Below, piece by piece: positions 40,791-53,295 of a DNA stretch of 64,000 nucleotides; positions within the stretch are counted from its first letter, which is position 1; each line of letters begins with the position of its first letter. The stretch comes from the human T2T-CHM13v2.0 reference genome, Homo sapiens: the NCBI RefSeq assembly GCF_009914755.1, contig NC_060934.1; one strand, given 5' to 3'. Below the pieces are notes generated by a model. That model saw only the letters and a list, made by a program, of their open reading frames with translations, searched no databases and was not told where the DNA came from. The translations under genes were made by a program, and so were the position numbers.

Positions 40791-42024
40791 TGCCTCCATG
40801 TTGTAGAATGTACCACATTAGAGTGGGATTACCTGCTTTTGAAGGGAGAGAGTGAATCTTGTTTTACCATTACGTTCTCAACCCAAGCACTGTGTTAGTC
40901 ACACAACAGGCTCTCAATCAATACTTGTAGACAAGAATGAATAGATGCATGTTAGCTGTGGAGTCTGTGGTTTCTGAGTCATGAAAGGTCTACGTGGTTT
41001 ATTTAGTTGTTTGGGGGAGAACAGTCTTCACCTTACTTCCTCTGAAAGCCACGCCAAGCCTCTTTTCTTCTTACCCTCAGATAATGAGCTGAGTTACAAA
41101 TACACAGCAAAGTCTTTCCACCTACACAGATCCTAGGAGTGTACAAATTGATTTGGGGGTGGGAGAACCAGGCACACAAAGGTCAGTGCCAGCAGCACTT
41201 CCAGCTTGGACATTTGTTTTCATCTTCTAGAAATAATATTCCCATTTCCCAGATGTTTCAGTGTCATCAGCTTTGTTTCTCAGCAGAGGCAACTGCAACT
41301 CTTCCTCCTCATGAGGCTGCGTGCTAAATCTGAAAAGCGTTTGCAGCCCCACAAAGATTGCTGCTGCAGTGGGGATTCCCAGCCAGCACAGAGCCCTTTG
41401 CTGTCGAGTGGATTTCCCCGACATAAGAAGTGAGTGGGCCACTGGTCCCTGGGGGATTGTCAGCACCATAACTTCTTTGAAAAAAAAAGTATTTTGGGGT
41501 GGTGGGGTTGGGAGACAAGGATCTGTAAAGGGAGGCTATAGTGCATTGGGAACTGGTTTGGAAGACATGGCTCTCTCTTCTGCAGAACAGAATGGATTCA
41601 TCAATGATGGCTTCACAGCAGTTAGGCCTCCATCACCAACCACCTTGGGTTAACTACTTTACCACCTCTGAATTGAGCTCAGCCTCAGAGCTTCTCAGGG
41701 CCCATGTGGGCTCCATTCCAGCAATAAGCATTTGGAAAGCTTCGCATCTGAGAAAGTGCCTCCCGTGAGTTATCTGTGCTAGGAACTCACATCTGCTGTC
41801 ATTGTCATTCACTTGGATTCTGACATTGATCCAGAATTTCCTAGAAAACACTGTGCTTTCTGACTACTGCTGTGATCTGTGGCTCCCAGATCAGCTTTTA
41901 CCACCAGCCCTTACCACACGCCTTGCTGTGGCTTCTTGCCTTGTCTCCATAAGCATTGCTCTCTGGAGCTGGCACATGACTTGGCAGGAAACCCCTGGCC
42001 TAGAAAAGTCTCCTTACTTTCAAC

Positions 42025-42425
42025 ACTCCATTCACTCATTCAACAAACATTTCCTAACACCTGCTATGTTCAGGCACTCGTCTAGGCATTGGGATACAAC
42101 AATAAACAGGCAAAGTCTGTGCTCTCAAAGTCTTGCACTCTAGTGAAGAGGATAGAAAATCTGCACATAGATAAAGAGCTATTGAACATAATATTCTGTA
42201 GTAATGAGCAGCACCATGAAGCAAAAATAAACTAAGATTAGAGAATTTAGATTGGCCTGGGGAGGGGGTAGCACTTCAGAGAGAGGGGTCAATGAAGAAG
42301 ATAACATTGAAAAAACCTGAACAGATGAGAGAGATTACTGGGGGAACATACCTGGTAAAAGGGCCGAGGGGGAAACGTGCTTGGCAAGATTAAGGACAAA
42401 AGTAGGTCAAGGTGCCTAGAAAAGA
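42025..42425 (-). mobile_element. L2 3' end
   Basis: cattcactcattcaacaaacatttcctaacacctgctatgttcaggcact... Confidence 0.75.
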
Positions 42426-44064
42426 GAGAGAGAGAGAGAGAGAGAGAAACAGAGAAGGTATGAAAGGAAACAAGTGTATCATGATGTGCTCCTAATCAGC
42501 CAATCCTCTTAGCTCATGAGACCTCAGCCTAGATCCCCAAACCATCACCTGCCATCTTACCCAAATTATAGACACAAGCATAAAGAGAAATGGAAAGTTT
42601 CATGCATTTACCCTTTGCTAATCGATCCAATGACAGTAAACTCCAAGGAAGGCAGTACTAGGAATTCCTGAAGCCTATATGGGGCCAATGAACACTTAGA
42701 AATTAGATATGACTATGGAGTAAAGCAGAAAAAGGTCCCTTGGTAGTCCTGGCAAATACGTGGTACATGCGTCACCTCTCCCCACCTCCAAACCCAAGCT
42801 CACAAGCCCAGTGCCAATCAACAATGTCATTCTCATTCATTGAAATGGGATTAGTCAGCCTGACAGATTATTGACATTCTGGCTCCAGAGTTACCTATAA
42901 TGGTCTAGTTTCTTGAGATCAGACAACTATTAAGTATCTTTTGGCAACCTTCTGTGACAGCTTTCAGCCACGTTATAAATGAAGTAGCAAAGGAAATATG
43001 TTTATTAAGCTTTAACCTGAACCCTTTACATAGACTATAGTGTTATGTTTCAGCAAAGCTCATCTTTGATGACAGTTTTAATCACACTCAGGCCCGCTCA
43101 GGCATACAGTGCCTTCGACAGTCACCTACTCACCTCACTGTGCTGTGTTTGACACGTCTGCCATTTCTGAGTGATTCTGGATGTCTCACACTTTTGCTTA
43201 CCTGCTTCCCAATCAGTACTCCAATTTTGCCATTCTTCCTGCACATGACACCAGGCAGTCAAACCATATATGTACTTAATTCTGCCAAGGATTTCTGTAA
43301 TACTCTTAAGGTCTCGTGCTAATAATGGGAATTTCTGGAATTGTGACAGAACTTCTGGGAAGAAAGAGAGGAGGTCTGGGGGAGGAAGGGCTTTTAGCAC
43401 TTTTGCAAGCATTATATCAGATAGGCAACCATCCAGGTAGGTTGCCATATATCATTGCTTGCCACAGAAAGCTAGTTCTTCTCTGCTTATGTCCAAAATA
43501 AAGGAAGTGAGTCTTGCCAAGAGCCATTTTTAACCATATCTGGGGCAGAAGAACATTAATGCACTATCTTGATGCTTTCAAAGCTCTTCTACTAATTCCA
43601 CATGCATAATACCTCAGGGTCCAGGTGTCACTTGGGTGGACTTCATCCACACCAAGCTACAGGATGAAGAGGCTCAGAAGGGAAATTTCTTAATCGTGTA
43701 TAGTACTCTAACCACATCCTGCCCAGAAAGGATGGGCTGAGCTGTAGGTCACTGTCCAATGCATCTAAATGCATAGACTATTTTTTTTGGTTGTTTATTT
43801 TATTTGGGGCTATGGACTTGGACTTTTGAGAAAATTCTCTGTCATCATTATCAACACAATCTTTCTTACACTTCAGGGAGTTTACTAACCCCACCCACAC
43901 AAATAGAATGACTCATCCCAGAGGGGTCTGAGTTGGTGTCTGGAAAGACAGTGAGATTAAACAACTGCTTCAAAAAGCAATGTCTTAAATTGTCCTTGTA
44001 GCAATTGCCCATCGGAAGAAAGACCCAAAGAGAGGACATCCAGATACTATTTCATAGATATATT

Positions 44065-44560
44065 GGACATGTCCCAGCAGAAAACAATGGCATGCTCAAA
44101 TTGTGTAATAGGAGGAGGGTTTATGATAAAGAGACTCTTTTCAGAGAAGTGGTCAGGGTACAAGGGAAACCACCAGAAAAATCATGTAGCATTTAGTTCT
44201 GGCAATTGTGGTACTCCCCATACTTCTCCAGGCCTGAAAAGATGAGGGGAAGGAGCTATTTCCAAGGAGAGAGAGAATGGCGAGGAGAGGTCCCTGACAG
44301 GAGGAAGGAGCTATGACTCACAGTACTAGGACCCAGACAGTCTGCATTGCCCCCACAGGAAGGGAGTCAGGGGAATCGATACCCCAATTTCACTCTCATC
44401 TGCTCACCAGATCTCTTTCTGGTGCCTCCAACTGGCCAATTCCAACAGGAAGCCAAGGGCAAGGAAGCCCAGCAATGCAGCCAGTGGTCTGAGGGCAGAG
44501 CGCAGGGTGGTGAAGAGTGGACACTGGGTCTAGAGGGCTGGTCTGAAGACACACAGTAGA
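44065..44560 (-). mobile_element. LTR33 (ERVL) solo LTR
   Basis: aatggcatgctcaaatt, caagggaaaccac, ctggtgcctccaactggccaattccaacaggaagccaagggcaaggaagccc. Confidence 0.8.
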
Positions 44561-45284
44561 TACGATACATGTGTGTATATTCAAGTGATTCAAGTCCAAG
44601 AAAAAGAAGACCTCTCTGTAAGGCTTCTTTAGCTAGAAAATTCTATAACTCTAAATATATTTACCTTTTTATTTCATTGCCTGTTTTTCTTTCTTTTATT
44701 TTCCTTTCTTTTATTTCCTTTCTTTTATTTTCTCTTTTTATTTCCCCTTGGACCACTCAAGTACTCCCTTAAAAGAATGTCTAAATCCAGGGTAGTAAAT
44801 GGATTTTTCTCACACATGTCAATACCAAGCAATGGGTTGTACCTGACTATAAGGTAATGTTGAGGATTCGGGGGCCCCACTGGCTTCAACAGGAATGACT
44901 GCCATGTTGGTGATCAATGTCTGCCATGGACTCCGGAAGGATGAGGGCCAGGGAAGTCCACAAATTAATATCTACATGATCCAAAGCAAAAGGAGGAATT
45001 AAGGTAATTATCTATGTCATCTGGCTAAAAATAAATTTAACAAAAATATTCTCTTTAAGTATGTATATGGATATATGTTTATGTAAACTTCAACCTATTT
45101 ACTTTCTCCAATACAAAAAAAAATTAAGATAAATATCGCATACATTATATCATGTCCATTTCTGGGAGCATGAATAAATTGTCTTGATACTTCTGATTTT
45201 ATCCTACTGATGGTTTTCATGTTCACATGTACAAATGACATTGATGATGTTACAAAATGACTTGTTATTTTTATGTTTATGTTC

Positions 45285-45380
45285 TAGATCTGTGCTGTCC
45301 AGTATTGTAGCCATGAGTCATATGCAGCTATTTAAATTCAATTAGAATTAAATAAAATTTTAAAACTCAGCTCCTCAGTC

Positions 45381-45412
<32 letters not shown>

Positions 45413-45503
45413 ACTTGAAGTGTTCAATAGCCACATGTAGAACAGTGCAAATATAGAGTAGTTCCATCATTGCAGAAAGTTCTATTGGAAGGTGTTGCTC
45501 TAG
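45285..45503. mobile_element. MER3/MER33-like hAT element with internal (CA)n
   Basis: ctgtgctgtccagtattgtagcca...ccatcattgcagaaagttctattggaaggtgttg; flanked by ctag sites. Confidence 0.8.
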
Positions 45504-45579
45504 AACCCAAGGCTAATTCTTGGACACAGTGAAACTGATGTGTTTATAAACATCACTTAAGCTTTCAATAATCCTATTA

Positions 45580-45790
45580 TGTACGAGGCAGCAAGCTAAG
45601 TCCTTTATAAACATTATCTCATTTAATCTTCACAACCACCCTATGAGGGAGAATTATTCCTGTCATATTACAGATAAGGCCTGGAAAGGTAAAGTAACTC
45701 ATCCCATAACCACAAGGTAGTAATTAAAAGAGCTCAGATTCAAAACTAGATCTTTCTGACATTAAAGCTCATGCTCTTTACCATTATATC
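45580..45790 (-). mobile_element. MIR SINE
   Basis: attatctcatttaatcttcacaaccaccctatgagg...ttacagataagg. Confidence 0.8.
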
Positions 45791-46053
45791 TGCACCTGTG
45801 AAAGAAATAACAACTCTATGGAATAATTCACTTAGTTTTGTGTTTAACACCTGAGACACCCTAGAGATATTAATAAAGTTGAAATGACAATTTATTTCCA
45901 AAACCAACATTTTTCCTTACATAATAGATTGTCATCTGTTGTTCATAATAAAGCTAAGTATGATATGTTCTTGAATTAACCTTGTTGCTATCTTTAGTAT
46001 TGTGAATGTGAGTTAATAAGCAAATGAATAATTGTTGTAATACTCATCCCATC

Positions 46054-46503
46054 CGTCTTAGTCAGGGTCCCATTACAAAACAAATGGCACACTCAAACTG
46101 GGCAATTAAAGAGAGTTTAACTATGTGATTATTTATCAAGGTGTGGACAGTGTCCAGGAAAACCAGCAAGGAAAAGTGGATACTTAACGGCGAATAGGAG
46201 TGGGAGCCATTAGTACCTAAAGCCTACAGTAGGGGAAGAGCAAGGAAAAGAATACTTCCTAGAACCAGAAGGGGCAGCTGCATGGAGAAGGCATCTGATG
46301 GAAGCTGTGGCTTTTTGTAGAGGGACATAGTCAACTTATTGACTCAGCAAGGAGAGAGCCACTTCACTCACTTCCTACCCTCCCAGGTGAGGGCAAGTTT
46401 GTCCACTAAGACAGTCCATACAGTGCAGCCTCATGGGGTACCCAGCAAGATGCAGATGGGTGGAGAAGGCATCCAGGGGGACAAATAGAAGATGCCATGC
46501 ACA
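46054..46503 (-). mobile_element. LTR33 (ERVL) solo LTR
   Basis: gtcttagtcagggtccc...aaatggcacactcaaactgggcaatt...gagagtttaa. Confidence 0.8.
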
Positions 46504-46677
46504 TTATCTATTAGAGTTATTTGGGAAAAGACAAAGGACAGCCATGCATGAGGTTAATATTAATAGGGATAAGGTTAACCAACACCAGACTTCTCTAAAT
46601 CACAGAGTCACTTATGGCTAGTTAGATCCTCAAGGTAGAGGAGATGCCCAACCTCAGGGCCAGGCAGGCCATGGGTC

Positions 46678-47351
46678 TGCTTAGTCTGGAAGAGATTGGT
46701 TTTCATTAAATTTTAGTATACCAGTTCAAATAAGTAACTAAATATGGAACTTCCCTGTGGGATTTCCTTCAGGCCATGGCCAAGGATGTGGCAACTATAT
46801 CATGGGATTAACCTGAAGCCAACAAGCACAGGCTTGATTGTAAAAGCTGCTAGGTTAGTGGTCCAAGAATTGACAGCTAGACTCACAGTATTGAGAACAA
46901 GGATCATGGGTAGTCTAAATCCCAGGGCCACTTTTACAGAACAGCAGAATTTAACTTTGGAGACTAATCTTTGAATCACTATCACGTGCCTACTACATCC
47001 CAGATACTTGCATTCCAATCATCCAGCTCATCCCACGATTTCCAGGCACACCATTTTCTTTCCTGCAGTTAAGACTTGGAACATGATGATCCCTATGGCT
47101 GATTTCCCCTCCTTGGCTTGGTCTGATAAATTCCTACTCTAACTTCAAAACCCACCTTGGGTATCACATCCTCTGAGAAGCCTTTCCAATTTCTGTCACA
47201 CAGACTAAAGGGCTCCCTCCCTGAGACCTCTGTGGCTCTTGACTCACCCTGCCATGATAGTGGGTATCAGAATAAAGTGAAATTAATCTATTCAGCTAGT
47301 GGGGAGCTAGTGCTTAGCCTGGAAGAGGTTGGTTTTCATTAAATTTTAGTA
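46678..47351 (+). repeat. Dispersed 41-bp direct repeat (46678-46718 and 47311-47351)
   Basis: tgcttag(t/c)ctggaagag(a/g)ttggttttcattaaattttagta, 39/41 identical. Confidence 0.93.
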
Positions 47352-47513
47352 CATAAGTATCTTTGAAAGGCACTGTATTGGGCATTGTGGGGGTGCGTGT
47401 GGGAGTGAGGAAAAAGGGAGATAATAAAGGGTAAATAAAATTACCCATCCCTGCCCTTAGAGACGGGGCTATAAGATAAAACGCAGAATGCCCAGTTACA
47501 TTTGGATTTTAAA

Positions 47514-48410
47514 TAAGCATACGAAAGATGCTCACATCATATGTCATCAGGGAAATGCAAATTATTAATAAAACAACAATGAGCTATCACTATACACCCA
47601 CTAGAGTGGCCAAAGTCAAGAACACTGACAACATCAAATGCTGGTGAGGATGTGGAGCCACAAGAATATTCGTTCATCAGTGATGGGAATGAAAACTGAT
47701 ATGGCTCTGTGGAAGACAGTTTGTCAATTTCTTACCGAACTGAACATACTCTTACCATATGACCCAGCAATCAGGCTCCTTGCTATTTACCCAAATGAGT
47801 TGAAAACATGTCTGCACAAAAACCTGCACACAGATGTTTATAGCAGCTTTATTCATAATTGCCAAGCTTGGAAACAAACAATGGAACATTATTCAACTCT
47901 AAAAAGAAATAGCTAGCAAGCCATGAAAAGATGTGAAAGAAACTTAAATGCATATTACTAAGTGAAAGATGCCCATTTGAAAAAGTGGCATACTATATGA
48001 GTCCAACTATGTGACATTTTGGAACAGGCAAAATGGTGGCACCTTTTAAAAGATCTATGGTTTCCAGAGGTTGGAGGTGAGAGGAGATGGAGCATAGAGA
48101 AATTTTAGGACAGTGAAACGACTCTGTATGATACTATAGTGGTGGATACATTCCATACATTTATCCAAACCCATACAATGTACAACACCAAGAGTAAATA
48201 TACCCTTAGGTTAACTATGGACTCTGGGTGATTGTGATATGTCAATGTAGGTTCCTCAATTGTAAGAAGAGTCCCACTCTGGTGGGGATGTTGATAATAG
48301 GGGAAGCTATGCCCCCTTATTATCTGGGGGTCAGGGGGCATCTGAGGTATCTCTGTACCTTCCTCTCAATTGTTTGTGAATCTAAAATTGCTCTTTAAAA
48401 ATTTTTTAAA
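47514..48410 (+). mobile_element. L1MC1/2-like 3' end
   Basis: ORF2 end remnant and 3'UTR: ttaggacagtgaaacgactctgtatgatactata, gtacaacaccaagagt, aactatggactctgggtga. Confidence 0.85.
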
Positions 48411-48476
48411 ATCTCTTGAATTTCAGGTGGGCAACAGATAATTTTTAATATAACTTTTAAAAGTATATGCCATGCA

Positions 48477-48773
<297 letters not shown>

Positions 48774-49862
48774 TCATGCAAATAGACTCAAATATTCATG
48801 GGATATAGATAAACAAACAAAAACTTTTTAAAGTAAATACAGCTATGTTATAACTATTTTATTTTGATTTTTAAAAAATGAGTCTCTTGATTTAATCAGG
48901 GCTTTAGGATCATAGGATATTAGTCACTGTCATAATGATGCATTTATTCTGGGAAAAATTTAACTTTCTTTGTCTTCTTCAGAAACAGCTGCAAGAATGC
49001 CTAACATGAAAGTAGTGGCCATCTAGCACACCTTTACTAAAACTGGATTCCCTGGGGCAGACGAAGGTCCTCACTGTAGTTGACAGTACTAATAGACCTT
49101 CACATGTGCCGTTTCCAAGCATCATTGCCAGACTTTCTGCCACCACCAGTGTGCTTTTCTCCTCTAAATGCACCTCCAACCTCAGCCCCGCTCACTGGAA
49201 TGTTGACATTTACAATGCCATAGTTTGAATTTCATCTAAAATTCAAATTTAACTGGCTGTATTTTAATTTGCTAAATCTGGTAACCTTGCTCAAAGGATT
49301 CATATTCTGGATTGCTGAAATAATATGTGAATACATGGGCCATTTGTGCTACCAGCCAGGGCATACTATGAGCACAAGAAAGGCACAGCCAGGGAGTGCT
49401 ACGGGAAGCCCAGAGACAGCCCTCCCTTGCCTCTCAGTACAGAGGATTCCTGCCAATAAACATGGCTTCTCTCAGGCTACTCTGGCTTGCAGAAGCATGG
49501 TGCACTTGAAAGCACCCTGGAATTAAAAGAGAAGACCTGGGCTTAAGTCCTAGGCAGGCCACTTATCAGCTGTTTGACATTCAGACAATCACTTAATTTC
49601 TTTAAGTCTCATTTTTATTTCCCATACTGAAATGCTCATAAACAATTTTTTTAAAAGAGTGAGGAGTCCTTTTATGTACTTAAGGATTCACACAGGGCCT
49701 ACCCTGAGAAAAATCAGAATCTTGCTCTAGCATCATCCATTGCCCTCCCTCTTCTGCCTCCATATTGCTAACAAACACTGGCCCCCAGACATGATCCAAA
49801 CCATGACCCAAACCATCTAATGCTTATGCATTCTGTGTCTCAGCCCTCAGAATCTTCTATAT

Positions 49863-50243
49863 CAGCGATCAGAAAGCTTTTACTGTAAAGGGCCCAATAG
49901 TAAATATTTTAGGCTTTGCAGACCATATAATTTATAAATTGTAAACTATTTTAGGGTTTGTGAGTTTCTGTTGCAACCACTCGACTCGTCCATTGCAGTG
50001 TGATGAAAGCCGCCATCGAAAAAATGTAAACGAATGAGTGTGGCTGTGTTCCAATACAATTGCATTTATAAACCCTGAATTATGATTTTACATAATTTTC
50101 TTGTGTTATGAAATATTATTTTTCTTTTGACTTCCAAAAAGCCTACAGAAATGCAAAAACCATTCTTAGCTCACGGGCAATAGAAAAACAGGCAGCAGGT
50201 TGGGTTTGGGCCTGGGCTGTGGGCTGTGGTCTGTTTACCCCTG
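49863..50243 (+). mobile_element. MER58B (hAT-Charlie)
   Basis: ctgtaaagggcccaatagtaaatattttaggctttgcag...gtaaacgaatgagtgtggctgtgttccaata...accattcttagctcacgggc...acccctg. Confidence 0.88.
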
Positions 50244-51518
50244 TTCTTTAGGACTGGGTTGCTAATGTCTGATAAACTCTCCAACTTGGAAGGGTGGTCC
50301 ATCTCCTACAATTGGTGACCTAGAACAGAGTTACAAAAAGAGCAGATCTGAGTTCTTATCCAGCCCTGGCCTCTGTCGTTAACTTACTATGCGAATCCAG
50401 GGAAATTATGTCACTACTTCCTGCCTCATCCTTCATCTGTTTAAAAAAAGACTGGGAGTGAGGGGGCATTATATTTAGCAAGCTGCTAAATAAAGTGATT
50501 GGGAAATACAAATGAGGAAAAGAGAGACATACTTAGCAGTGACGGTCCAAATGTTGAGTAACATTAAAAATCATACAGCAAGAGAAATAGAGGAATCAAA
50601 TTGATTTTCTGAGAAAATTTCCACCACTGCTTTTTACTTCATGGAAAGCAAAGTAATGGGTGAGGTCATTTTTCCTTCACACACAATTCACTTTCATGAA
50701 GTTTGCCAAAAAGGGGAAGTTTCTCTCAATAGTGAAGTCCTGATGCCCGACTGAGCCCCAAGGGAGCATTTTTCCACAAAAGCTGTTTCTGTCCCTCTCT
50801 GGCCCCTCTCCTCTCTTCCTGCACCGCTTCCCACTCCATCTCAGACTACTGTCCGCAAATCCCACTTTTCCCAGTTATTGACTTCATCCCTTTCTCCTGT
50901 GGGATTATGGTGCTAACAAATACCAGGTATATTGCAGAGCCAGAAACCAACACAAAACTACAGGGCTTACCAATCGTTGTTTTGATGAGATGATATGAAG
51001 AAACTTTTAAAACTGAAACAAAACCCTTAAAACTTATGAAAATAAAACTTCCAGGTAAACAGTGACACAGAAAACTCAAGTATAGAAAAAAAGAAGGTGC
51101 ATGTTTTAATAACATGGCTCTTTTGCTGGTGAGACATGGCAATCAACCTTAAATGACAAGCCTAGGGGGATTAGAAAAAGGGCCCTCCAGGTGACACAAG
51201 GGGAAAAGATCAGGTTTTGTTAGAAGTAGAAAGCATCCACCAGAACAGAATAATGATTAGAGATAATTACAGTCAATTACAAAGGTGCCAGAGTACTGGT
51301 GTCTACCCAGCAAGTTACAGTACAGTTGAACCTCATTTTTAATCACTTCGAATGTGCCACTTTTATTTCTTGGCTGATGAATCTTTCACAGACAATCTCA
51401 AGTGTATTTACAGAGCATTTTGTTTCAACCAAGGTCAAAGAAAGTAAGAGACACATTCTCCTTAGAGCCTCATTCTCTCTCAGATGCTTGAGTAAGTGGC
51501 TTAAGAGAAGCAACTTGG

Positions 51519-51816
51519 GGCCAGGCGCAGTGGCTCATGCCTGTAATCCCAGGACTTTGGGAGGCCGAAGTGGGTGAATCACTTGAGGCCAGGAGTTCGA
51601 GACCAGCCTGACCAACATGGTGAAACCTCATCTCTACTAAAAATACAAAAATTAGCCAGGCATGGTGGCATGCACATGTAGTCCCAGCTACCAGGGAGGC
51701 TGAGGCATGAGAATAGCTTGAACCCAGAAGGCGGAGGTTGCAGTGAGCTGACATCACTACTGCACTCCAGCTTGGGTGATAGAGTAACACTCTGTACCAA
51801 AAAAATAAAATAAAAA
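51519..51816 (+). mobile_element. AluS SINE
   Basis: Full Alu; TSD gaagcaac(t/g)tgg at 51507-51518 and 51818-51829. Confidence 0.95.
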
Positions 51817-52889
51817 GGAAGCAACGTGGAGCACAAAGGGGAATGCTAGAATTCAGGGCTTGGTCCTGCCTCTTTTGAGGCAGGTAAACACAAACACATT
51901 GACTTCTTTGAACCTCAGTTCTTTCATCTGTAGAATGAAGATAATGTCTTGTCCCACTTGCCACATATTCCATCAACTTCAAACAACTTGAAATATAAAA
52001 GGACTTTGCAAATTATAAAATATAGGAGTGCTCTTTATGATTACTATTGTGATTGAAGGAGGAACAGTCATTCAGGTCAACTGCTAAGCTATTGACCGGC
52101 TGCTTCAGTCACTTGAACAGATGACTTGTGAGGGTTAATAAGCACATGGCTTGGTCACCGCTTAGGCCTGGTGAGTCAGAGCCCCAAGCACGAGGGCCAG
52201 ATCATGGGCTTCATGGGACCAGCTCATCTGACCTGGACAGCAGGAGCTTCAAAGCTAAAGAAATCTGGGATTGAATCTCATCTCTGCCCATTTCTCACTA
52301 GGCAAGTCCCTTATGGGTTGCTCCATCCCTGAAACTGAGAAAATAATACTACCTGGCAGAGTTGTTGTGAGGCTCAGAGATAACACACATAATCTCTGGT
52401 GCATAGCAGGTTTTTTCACAAGTAGGAACAAGTGTGGCTAAGGGAAGAGCTGATATCTCTGACCCTTACCAGCTATTCTGCAAATGCACATGGAGATGGC
52501 TTACGTGGACAATCCGCTCAGATTCATTCTTACTTCTTGGAAAAAAACCCAAAGACATGGCTTATGGTGATGAGATTTGCACCTACAAATGATAGCACAT
52601 TATAAACCTACTATTTTCAGTTACTTTTCTTATTACAATATAGTTCCTGAGACACCAGAAAGGAATTTCTGATCATTTGACTTGAACTGGTCATAAGACT
52701 GCTCCTTAATCTTATTATTCCTGTGCTCAAAACTGCCAACCCTCCCCATCCCCCAACCCTGCCTCGGTCTACTGTAGTAAATCCTTTCCAAACTTCTACC
52801 TCACTTTGCCCCTGCATCAACCCAACATTCAAGCCAAACTGGACATCTCATTATTTACCAAAGTCACCCTCTTCCTGGAAAGCCTGACA

Positions 52890-53295
52890 GTGACTTAAAC
52901 CAGGCATCCTGGAAAAAGACACTGAAATGCTGAGATTTGTGTGTAGGAGGCTTACGGGAAAAGCTCCGAGGAACACCTGTGAGGGGCAAGGACAGAGAGA
53001 TTGGGCAAAGGGAGATGTTCAACCATGATTTGTCCACAGCTGAGGACTTAGCTCACACCACAAAAAGCTCTGGAGCTGAGATGACCCCTCAGAGTTGCCG
53101 TAAATTGTGTCAAGGAGCTGTGACCTCTACCTATTGACCAGTCTCTGGAGATGGGCTGCCCCCTGGGAGGGGACATAACTTTTGGATAAGGGCAGTGCTC
53201 AGAGAGGAAGTCAGCTGAGATCCATCAACAGCCAGACCTCCCTGGGGAATGTGTGTCTCCTCCTGAGGGGGCATCTGGGCCGCCGCCCACCACAC
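52890..53295 (-). mobile_element. LTR16 (ERVL) solo LTR
   Basis: gagatttgtgtgtaggagg, aacacctgtgaggg, agctctggagctgagatgacccctcagagttg, gggctgccccctgggagggg. Confidence 0.8.

Noticed and set aside
44065-46503. Two same-orientation LTR33 copies as the ends of one provirus
   Set aside because: The interval contains hAT, MIR and AT-rich DNA with no recognisable gag/pol, PBS or PPT; the copies are very dissimilar; two solo LTRs are more likely
52130-52230. tRNA-like sequence
   Set aside because: No cloverleaf or intact A/B boxes; at most a decayed tRNA-derived SINE
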